Source: Flavobacteriaceae bacterium (lineage in GTDB: Bacteria; Bacteroidota; Bacteroidia; Flavobacteriales; Flavobacteriaceae). Taken from it: a stretch of 64,000 nt of DNA. The stretch lies in NCBI GenBank assembly GCA_038143735.1, contig JAYQML010000002.1:224992-288991 (forward strand), in the 5' to 3' direction. The notes beneath the pieces were generated by a model. That model saw nothing but the letters and a program-made list of their open reading frames with translations. It was not told where the DNA came from and made no database searches. Shown here one piece after another: positions 56,477 to 64,000 of this stretch (within the stretch, counting starts at the first letter, position 1; every line of letters begins with the position of its first letter). The position numbers were made by a program, and so were the translations under genes.

Positions 56477-57723
56477 TTCTCTCAAAATCTAGTTAATAAA
56501 AAAACGGAGGGTGTGGTAGCGTTAGAAGATAAATTTTACGAAATTACAGATATAAACGCAACCAAATCTAACCTTAACATCCTATTAAATGAAAAAGAAA
56601 CTAACCGAAGAGGAAGCCAAGAAGTATCGGAAAGAGCTACTGGCCAAGCGGACAGCGCAGATTCAGGAAGAGGAAGTACGGAAAATACGACAACACCTGC
56701 TTCGGTACTTCCCGGAAATGCCAGAAATGACTTATCAGGAGTACCTGGAGTGGGAGAAAATTCACCTCCCCGCACAGGCGAAGAACAGACAGGAGGTGAA
56801 AGCGTTGAACGAGGAAGCCAACAGGAAGTACAGGGAACAGCACAAGCGGGAGTTGATCGAAGCCAACAAGATACGCGAGATGCGCAGGAAGAGGCGAGAG
56901 GGGCTGACTTAAATGACGATAATCCTTTTACAGAAGACGGTAATAATCAAGAGGTAGGCGAAGTACCGTTTCAGTTCGGTAACCGCAAAGAACGTTTTAG
57001 AGCAATCGACCCAAGCACTTATAAGAAGCTAATTAAAAGGCTTCAGACCGCCTTTCCAAATAGAAAGGTGTTTGTGGATGCCGATAAGATGAAACGTCGC
57101 CTAGAACGATTAGGCTACAATGTGCAGGCATTGTTTGGGAATGAGGTAATGGCGTTTAACCCTCAGACCAAGCGACTTCTTGAACGGGCTAAAAAATTAA
57201 ATCAACAAGGAAAAACGGCTAGGGAAACCAGAGAAGAGACCGGGTGGTTTATTGGGCTGGACGGCAATTGGAGGTATGCGATTGATGATTCAAATGCTAG
57301 GCTTTTGGAGGATGAAAAAAGAATTGCTAGTTTAGCAAAGAACAAAACAGTGGATACGGCAAAGCGTTATCCATTGAAAGGTGTACTTTCACACCTGAGC
57401 TAGAGCGGCTTTACCCCGAATTAGTAAGAAAAATAAATGTAAAGTTTTATGAAGGACCAAACAACAAAGGAGGGCATACTGAAAACCACTCCGACGGAAC
57501 CTACACCATCCGAATCAACAAAAACCTTCGAGAAGAGAATAGTGGACGACAATCCTTGGTGGTGGAGGCTAGAAAAACCCTACTCCACGAAATACAGCAT
57601 GTCATCCAAGGATTGGACAGAAGTGTTCGAGGAGTTAGACAAAATGACTTAGGGGGAACAAGTCAAAAAATTGTCTATGAACAGCTCAAAAAACGGTACA
57701 TTAAAGATTTATCATGCAGGTAG
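56477..57723 (+). pseudogene. Fragment of a phage-type large polyvalent protein (LPD23-like domain plus zincin motif), frameshifted near 57395
   Basis: LERAKKL..ETGWFIGLDGNWRYAIDDS, then HPELERLYPEL...TLLHEIQHVIQ (HEIQH at 57586-57600). Confidence 0.7.
56589..56912 (+). CDS. Nested out-of-frame ORF, 107-aa charged helical protein
   Basis: ATG in AT-rich context (TATTAAATG); natural-looking helical sequence; spans the low-complexity part of the host frame. Confidence 0.55.
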   Translation: MKKKLTEEEAKKYRKELLAKRTAQIQEEEVRKIRQHLLRYFPEMPEMTYQEYLEWEKIHLPAQAKNRQEVKALNEEANRKYREQHKRELIEANKIREMRRKRREGLT

Positions 57724-57917
57724 TGATAGAGAAATAGAATACAGCCATTTTTCTCGTAACGCTAAGAAAACAACGTTCTAGAAGTCTGTCACAACTTTGT
57801 AAAAAAGCCAAATCAAAAAAAAACCAAAAAAGACATCAAAAAACCACATTGCATGCTAAATTTTAAAAGGAGAGGGGAGAAAGCTTACACTAAAGTCAGT
57901 AAGGAAATTACTTTATG

Positions 57918-58357
57918 TTATCCCTTGCGCTTCTTTCTTCTGCGATAATGTTTCTGCCAAGAATAAAATGTTTTGGGCGAGAGTGCGTTATCAACGATTT
58001 CAATCCCGCTATTCCTCAATACCATTTCAATTAATTCAGCCGATTGATCGAACTGTAAGGCTAGATTTTTAAGGAGACGCCTTTGAGGTAGTAGCGTTGA
58101 ATTTTTTGTTTATCTAATTCAGACAAATGTTCGCTTCCCTGAGTGGTTTTAAGGGGCAAGTTGGCATGGTAGTTTTCCAAAACTTTGATCAACTCAGAAA
58201 GTAGAGAGGAACTTACTTTTATGCTGTTTTGTTCGGCTTCACCTGAGACATAATATTGGATGATTTCTACAGCAACACTATTGTTTTGCATGATTAAATC
58301 AACAATGTAGCTTTTCTCAGCGGTTTGTAATTGAGTGGACTTGAGGATTGTCTTCAT
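57918..58357 (-). CDS. Hypothetical protein with C-terminal HTH-like region, frameshifted near 58068
   Basis: KIQRYYLKGVSLK continues as LALQFDQSAELIEMVLRNSGIEIV...RRRKKRKG stop. Confidence 0.6.
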
Positions 58358-58715
58358 GGTTGGTTCATGTTAGTTGATGGACACTCTGTTTTGACGTGCA
58401 TAGATAACCTGTGCCAATATCGGCATAGGAAACGACTGCGAATGCCTGAGTCTTCCACCCAAATAAACCCGCTAAATGTATTTTTGATGATTTCAGTTAA
58501 ATAAATTTGGATTGATTTGGGGTCAAAACTATCTTAAAATTACAAAAAAAAGATAAGTAACTTTGTGCAATCAAATTCTCTACATATTGTTTTATCTGAC
58601 TAGATAATTATCAGTTAGCTACTGAAGCGGAGTGGTTTATATTGGAGTAAATAATCTTTGTAATAGAAGGACATTAAAATTATAATTAACAGGCTTTTAA
58701 TGTGTATTTTTAGGC

Positions 58716-59159
58716 ATGAAAAAATATTTTTTATTTCTTTTTTGTGTGTTTAACCTTAGCCTTTACAGTCAAGAAAAATCAAACGCTTACAGCGCTGTTA
58801 CAGCCTTTTTCGCTGCCTTTCACGCCAAAGATAGCTTGGGTATGCAAGCCGTTTTTCATCCCAAAGCCCGTTTACTGCGTTCAGGGGTAAAAGAGAATCA
58901 ACCCATAGTCGTAGAAAATAATTTAGAAAAATTTATTCGTGCAGTAGCCACACGACCCGCAACACCAACTTGGGAAGAACGACTGGGACAGCCCATTGTG
59001 CAACAAGACCAAAATTTAGCCACCGTTTGGGTGCCGTTTCGTTTTTACCTCAATGAGCAGCTTTCGCATTGTGGACACAATTCATTTACCCTAACGTGGG
59101 ATGGTTCTTCTTGGCTGATTTTATCCTTAATTGACACTGTTGCTAAAAACTGTAATTGA
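58716..59159 (+). CDS. Secreted NTF2-fold protein
   Basis: Signal peptide; FFAAFHAKDS, LATVWVPFRFY, SHCGHNSF. Confidence 0.8.
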   Translation: MKKYFLFLFCVFNLSLYSQEKSNAYSAVTAFFAAFHAKDSLGMQAVFHPKARLLRSGVKENQPIVVENNLEKFIRAVATRPATPTWEERLGQPIVQQDQNLATVWVPFRFYLNEQLSHCGHNSFTLTWDGSSWLILSLIDTVAKNCN

Positions 59160-59320
59160 TTATTCATGTTATTTTATTACTTTAAATTCAATCCTTTATC
59201 AATTGATTTATAGTATATTAGTTACATTTGCATTATCACTATAATTAACATTATGTAAAATAGTAAAATTAATTCCTTCCATTCTCAAGAAATCTATATA
59301 TTTGAATAAATAATATCATC

Positions 59321-59857
59321 ATGAAAAAAATACTGATCGTTTTAGGTATAGCAGTATTACTGTTCGCAGGCTATCTAATTTATGGAACCTTTATTAACCC
59401 CAAAAGCCCTAAAGGTGTGGTCAATTACGAGAAAGATGATCTCAAAATAGAAATCGTTTATCATCGTCCGTTTAAAAAGGAACGTTTAATTTTTGGTGCT
59501 AAAGAAGACAAAGCCCTTGTTCCCTACGGACAATATTGGCGTTTAGGTGCAAATGCAGCTACGACATTCGAAACTTCACAAGACATCGCTTTTGCTGGGC
59601 GCAATTTAAAAGCGGGTACTTATCGTATGTATGCAATTCCAGAAAATGATCATTGGATTGTAGCTTTAAACGAGGAAGCGGGCGCTTTTGGTTACAGTGA
59701 ACCCAATTATAGCAAAGATGTTATGCGTGTAAACGTGGCTTCAGCGAAATTACTCACTCCTATCGAACAATTCACCATAGATGTACTTGATGGCAACGAA
59801 AGTCTAACACTACGTATGCGCTGGGACACCACGGCTGTTTCAATTCCCTTGAACTAA
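59321..59857 (+). CDS. DUF2911 protein
   Basis: YHRPFKKERLIFG, LVPYGQYWRLGANAAT. Confidence 0.88.
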   Translation: MKKILIVLGIAVLLFAGYLIYGTFINPKSPKGVVNYEKDDLKIEIVYHRPFKKERLIFGAKEDKALVPYGQYWRLGANAATTFETSQDIAFAGRNLKAGTYRMYAIPENDHWIVALNEEAGAFGYSEPNYSKDVMRVNVASAKLLTPIEQFTIDVLDGNESLTLRMRWDTTAVSIPLN

Positions 59858-60988
59858 ATGCAGTTATTTTCGTTAAAAACTTTTTTTACGGCACTCCTCT
59901 TTATCCTTTTATTGGGTGGAGTAACGTATTTTATCATAGGAAAAATTCAAGATCGTCAAAATATCATGAGTTTTGAGGACTACGACCCACCCTCTACTCT
60001 TGTCGTTCCTGAAAACCCAATCACTAGCGCAAAATTTCCTTTTATAGATGTCCACAATCACCAATTCGATATGCCTGTTAAAGATTTATCGAATTTGACG
60101 GAAGAAATGGATGGTCTCAATATGGCATTCATGGTCAACCTCAGTGGTTTCCGTGGTCTCTATTTAGAAAAATGCCTCAAAAATGTGAAAGAGAACGCTC
60201 CTACCCGCTTTGGTCTTTTTGTCAATCTGGACTGGGAAAAAATAGATGAACCCGATTTTGTTGAAAACAACCTGTTTATTCTGCGAGAAGCCAAGCAAGA
60301 GGGTGCCATTGGGCTTAAAGTATACAAGGGCTTGGGACTTTCGGATACCGATAGTAAAGGCAATCGAATCGCCGTAAATGATCCACGGCTAGACCCCATT
60401 TGGGCAGAATGTGGAGTATTAGGTTTCCCTGTCCTAATCCATTCCGCAGAGCCTCCTTCCTTTTGGAAACCAAAAGACAAATACAATGAACGTTGGCTAG
60501 AATTAAAACAAAAACCAGGTCGTTACCGCGATCCGGCCAAAGTTCCTTCCTTTGAGTCGATTATTGCTGAACAGCATGATATTTTCAAAAAACACCCTAG
60601 CACTACCTTCATTAACGCTCATCTGGGCTGGATGGGGAACGATTTGGATCGTTTGGGCGATCATTTGGACACTTATCCTAATGTGATGACTGAAATTGGA
60701 GCTGTATTGGCAGAACTGGGGCGTCAACCCCGTAGAGCACGAAAATTCTTTGAAGACTACCAAGATCGGATTCTGTTTGGAAAAGACAGCTATAATGTAA
60801 GTGAGTATTACACTTATTTCCGTGTACTAGAAACCCACGATGAATACTTCGATTACTACCGAAAGCGACATGCTTTCTGGAAGATGTATGGATTGGGTCT
60901 TCCTGATGATATTCTCAGAAAATTGTACTACAAGAATGCCTTGCGCATCCTCCCTTCTATCGATGCTTCTCTATTCCCAGAAGACTGA
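59858..60988 (+). CDS. Amidohydrolase-family protein
   Basis: IDVHNH, GLKVYK, VLIHSAEP, INAHLG, RILFGKD. Confidence 0.85.
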   Translation: MQLFSLKTFFTALLFILLLGGVTYFIIGKIQDRQNIMSFEDYDPPSTLVVPENPITSAKFPFIDVHNHQFDMPVKDLSNLTEEMDGLNMAFMVNLSGFRGLYLEKCLKNVKENAPTRFGLFVNLDWEKIDEPDFVENNLFILREAKQEGAIGLKVYKGLGLSDTDSKGNRIAVNDPRLDPIWAECGVLGFPVLIHSAEPPSFWKPKDKYNERWLELKQKPGRYRDPAKVPSFESIIAEQHDIFKKHPSTTFINAHLGWMGNDLDRLGDHLDTYPNVMTEIGAVLAELGRQPRRARKFFEDYQDRILFGKDSYNVSEYYTYFRVLETHDEYFDYYRKRHAFWKMYGLGLPDDILRKLYYKNALRILPSIDASLFPED

Positions 60989-61039
60989 TACCTTAACCCT
61001 TATTTTCTAATACTAAATTTTTAATCTTAATTTATCTCT

Positions 61040-61354
61040 ATGTTACTTGTAAACACACCCACCGTTCCCAATAAAGCCATTACAGAAGTTCACGGCATTT
61101 CAAGAGGCAGTACCGTACGTGCACGTAATTTTGGGAGTGACATCTTTGCCGGATTGAAGAACATTGTGGGAGGAGAAATCTCAGAATACACCAAACTACA
61201 AGCAGATTCTAGAGAACAAGCGCTCCAACGAATGAAAGAAGACGCGGAACGTATGGGAGCCAACGCCATTGTAAATGTGCGCATCACTACCTCCATGGTC
61301 ATGCAGGGCTGTTCAGAAATTTTGGCCTATGGCACAGCAGTCACGGTTAAATGA
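61040..61354 (+). CDS. YbjQ/UPF0145 family protein
   Basis: DIFAGLKNIVGGEISEY, GANAIVNVR, LAYGTAV. Confidence 0.92.
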   Translation: MLLVNTPTVPNKAITEVHGISRGSTVRARNFGSDIFAGLKNIVGGEISEYTKLQADSREQALQRMKEDAERMGANAIVNVRITTSMVMQGCSEILAYGTAVTVK

Positions 61355-61458
61355 TGACTATGCTTTTTGGGATTCTTTTTTTGGTGCTCCTCATCTATTT
61401 TATTGTCCAACGCGTGGAAGACAAAAAGTTAGAAGATTTTGAGGATCGAGACAACTAG
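61351..61458 (+). CDS. 35-aa single-TM small protein (absent from the ORF track)
   Basis: MMTMLFGILFLVLLIYFIVQRVEDKKLEDFEDRDN; ATGA overlap with the ybjQ-like stop codon. Confidence 0.7.
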   Translation: MMTMLFGILFLVLLIYFIVQRVEDKKLEDFEDRDN

Positions 61459-61979
61459 ACGCGTTCGCAATAAACGATATAATAACGGGGAGTAAAATAG
61501 CGTAAAAGCGGTCGAAAGCCAATTTTTGAGGGATCTGGTGAAGTCCACAACCTACTGTCTTTAATCCTCCAACCCGTTTTTTCAAGCAATAAATTGAATT
61601 GTTTTACCTCAAATTCGTGATAGTGCTTATCCCAGTCATCGTTGGGGTTCCAATAGGCTTCTGCAAACCACAATTTTAATGGAACGGAGGCGATAAGACG
61701 CTTGCTTTTTATTTCTTTTAGCATGTTGTAGGGTGCAAATAGGTGCTCAAAAATTTCAAAGGCCGTAACACAGTCTGGGCTCATTTTTGCATACTGCGCA
61801 AAGTCATCGTCTAAATTTTCTCCCGCTGTATTGGTTACTTCATAGCCAGCATTGAGCAATTGTGGGGTAAACGGATTTGGAGTTCCAAGGTCGAGCAGGC
61901 TACTCCCCTTTTCTAAGTGCTTTTCCATGAATGCCAAGGTCTTATCGTACCGCTTTTGGTGAATCTTACTTATGCCCAT
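61455..61979 (-). CDS. Class I SAM-dependent methyltransferase-like protein
   Basis: LLDLG motif I, TAFEIFEHL. Confidence 0.8.
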   Translation of the reverse strand: MGISKIHQKRYDKTLAFMEKHLEKGSSLLDLGTPNPFTPQLLNAGYEVTNTAGENLDDDFAQYAKMSPDCVTAFEIFEHLFAPYNMLKEIKSKRLIASVPLKLWFAEAYWNPNDDWDKHYHEFEVKQFNLLLEKTGWRIKDSRLWTSPDPSKIGFRPLLRYFTPRYYIVYCERV

Positions 61980-62571
61980 TATTGATTTGTTTCTCCGATA
62001 AATACATTCACTCCTTTGGGAAGTGGATTCCCATTGGTTCGTCTAAAGCTGACAATTTGCCCTGTGTGATAGATGATGTCTGATAGTGGGCCGTTGATCA
62101 TATTCCAAAGGGGAAATGCAGACTGCTTCCTCCTCTTTCAAAAATTACTTCTAGTGACGCTAGTTCCTCAGGGGTTTTATGTTTAAAATGTTCAGCTGCA
62201 TATTCTAGATTTTGTAGCGTACGCAATCGCAGGCTTAGCCAATCTGTCGGCGTGTCTGGTGTTGGTCGCGTGCTAACAGCGTGTACAGAAGTGTTGCGCA
62301 CAATAGCTGTCAAATCATAAATGTGCGCTAGGGTTGCTCGAACAGACTTACCCTCCGGAGAAGGCTGATAGTCGAGATCGGATGCGGTTAAATCTTCAGT
62401 AGCCCAATGGTAACGATAACCCGCGCCTTCGATCATACGAACAATAAGGTTTCCAGCTCCATAGTCTTTTGCTGCAGTTGGTATTGATCTATAAGGAAGA
62501 TTCGGAGGAATTGTTTCTTGAGCCATAGCATGGATGTTAATGAAAATGAAAAGGGCAATAAGCAAGCGCAT
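61979..62571 (-). CDS. Secreted DinB-like protein, frameshifted near 62120
   Basis: Signal peptide; TLAHI; shifted C-terminus MINGPLSDIIYHTGQIVSFRR. Confidence 0.65.
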
Positions 62572-62626
62572 TTGTTGTCGTTTTATTCCTCTAAAATAGT
62601 ATTTTAGCAGCAATGAAGCTTTTACC

Positions 62627-62967
62627 ATGCCAAAGAAATTAACCAACCTTGCCGATTTAGCCAAAATACAATTCGAGAACTTGGCGCCTGACCCAGAACT
62701 TCAGCAGCCAGAAGCTGTTGCTTTTAAAAAACAGTGGCTTGAAGCACACTTCAGTAACAAAGGACGTGCCGGGAAAACGGTTACCCTAATCAAAGGGTTT
62801 GAGGGGAAGTGCAAGAACTAAAATCCTTGGCAAAAATCTTAAAAAATGCTGTTGGGGTTGGTGGAACAGTAAAAAATGGTGAAATTATCATACAAGGCAA
62901 TTACCGCGATCAACTGATGAAGCTTCTTCATGAGATGGGACATGAGGTAAAACGTGTGGGTGGATAA
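62627..62967 (+). CDS. SUI1/YciH translation initiation factor homologue, frameshifted near 62810
   Basis: KGRAGKTVTLIKGF, then LKNAVGVGGTVKNGEIIIQGNYRD. Confidence 0.88.
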
Positions 62968-62977
62968 TTGATTTTAG

Positions 62978-64000
62978 GTGTTAGAAAAACTTCAACATTG
63001 CGTCACTGACCCTACCAATGAGTTGCTCTTGTTTACCCAAGAAAAGTATGCCTTACTTCTGACCAACGCCCTTCCCTTGTTCGCTACAAACTTCAGCATT
63101 GGTGTAGTTTCCGAAAAAATTATTGAGGCCTTAGCGCTAGCCACCACGCCCACCTCCATAGAAGGTGTATATCGTTATGCTACTTCCCTAGAAGAGCCCT
63201 CAATCCTTTGCTTTTCTAGCGGTTCGCTAAAACATCAAAAAGGAATTTTGCGGAGTTTTTCTAGTTGGAAGAATAGTTTTCAGCTTATTGCTGAACAGTA
63301 TTCTGATACGCCAAATTTAAGGGGTATTGTCTTGGGGGACCTCACCTCTTCGCTTTGTCTTTTTGGGATAATGGAGTCACTTTACAGAGAGCAGTCGCCC
63401 TTATTGTTTTCCTCCTACTCCATTCGATTTTTTGATCAACTTGACCCCAAAACAGCCTATCTACTCTGGTTAACTCCCTTGCATTGTACTTTTTACATCG
63501 AAGCCTTAAAAACGGGTAAAATAGTTCCTCAAGAGGGTATAAAATGCATCTTTGTGGGCGGCGCTTATTTTACCAATGGTCAGCGAGAAAAATTGCAAAA
63601 GGTTTTTCCTGTTGCCAAAATTTATTCATTTTTTGGAACATCAGAAACCAGTTTTATTAGCATTAAACCACCAACTGATTTCAGTGATAGTGTTGGAACG
63701 CTATGTAATGATGTTGTAGTTCAAGTACGTGACGATGACACACATTTACTTCCCGCTAGCGAAGTGGGAAATCTTTGGGTGAAATCAAATCAATTGTTCA
63801 CTAGGTATATTGATAAAAATAATATTATCAATAGTTTAAATGGGTTTATATCAATCAAGGATAGAGGTTGTATAGATGAACGAAATCGATTGTTTTTTGC
63901 TGGTCGAAGCAGTCGAAATGTTTCCATAGGGGGGCATGTAATTTCGCTAGACAAACTTGAGCAATGGTATAAGAATCAATTAAAAAAGGAGCAAATAGCA
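62978..64000 (+). CDS. AMP-binding (acyl-CoA ligase-like) protein, runs off the window end
   Basis: FSSGSLKHQKGILRS P-loop variant, FFGTSETSF, SVG, KDRG..D...LFFAGR. Confidence 0.75.
   Translation, partial: MLEKLQHCVTDPTNELLLFTQEKYALLLTNALPLFATNFSIGVVSEKIIEALALATTPTSIEGVYRYATSLEEPSILCFSSGSLKHQKGILRSFSSWKNSFQLIAEQYSDTPNLRGIVLGDLTSSLCLFGIMESLYREQSPLLFSSYSIRFFDQLDPKTAYLLWLTPLHCTFYIEALKTGKIVPQEGIKCIFVGGAYFTNGQREKLQKVFPVAKIYSFFGTSETSFISIKPPTDFSDSVGTLCNDVVVQVRDDDTHLLPASEVGNLWVKSNQLFTRYIDKNNIINSLNGFISIKDRGCIDERNRLFFAGRSSRNVSIGGHVISLDKLEQWYKNQLKKEQIA

Noticed and set aside
57449-57652. 67-aa ORF from the ORF track
   Set aside because: It is a shadow frame over the HEIQH-containing continuation of the polyvalent-protein fragment.
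57755-57795. TCACAAC near the end of the phage-like fragment as a third repeat end
   Set aside because: Only about 7 nt match cleanly, which is expected by chance.
55525-57900. Intact prophage or IS element
   Set aside because: There is no integrase, transposase, terminal inverted repeat or structural gene cluster, only fragments.

Overview
This window is chromosomal DNA of a Bacteroidota (Flavobacteriales-like) bacterium, judged from gldF/gldG, porX, the fused lpxC-fabZ gene and TAnnTTTG promoter boxes. Many core genes carry single-base indels, mostly at homopolymers, which suggests uncorrected long-read errors. Positions 1-47 kb are housekeeping genes: peptidases, a probable sulfonolipid gene pair (capA/capB-like), dnaN, gldFG, phoH, purC, parEC, ppc, aroB, porX, lipid A genes, efp, sucD, fabG and a full his operon with a leader-peptide attenuator. 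Positions 47-58 kb are an accessory region: a HIRAN gene, a minus-strand tracrRNA, an AT-rich frameshifted type II-C cas9, cas1, cas2 and an array of 38 repeats of 36 nt. The most unusual feature lies about 640 nt beyond the array: two 142-nt repeats separated by exactly 30 nt. Each is a variant of the 36-nt CRISPR repeat split by a structured 106-nt insert. The unit is flanked on both sides by truncated phage-like gene fragments (Mu-like genes on the left, an LPD23/zincin polyvalent-protein fragment with a nested ORF on the right). Positions 58-64 kb return to ordinary genes. All product calls come from recognising motifs by eye; no database search was run.
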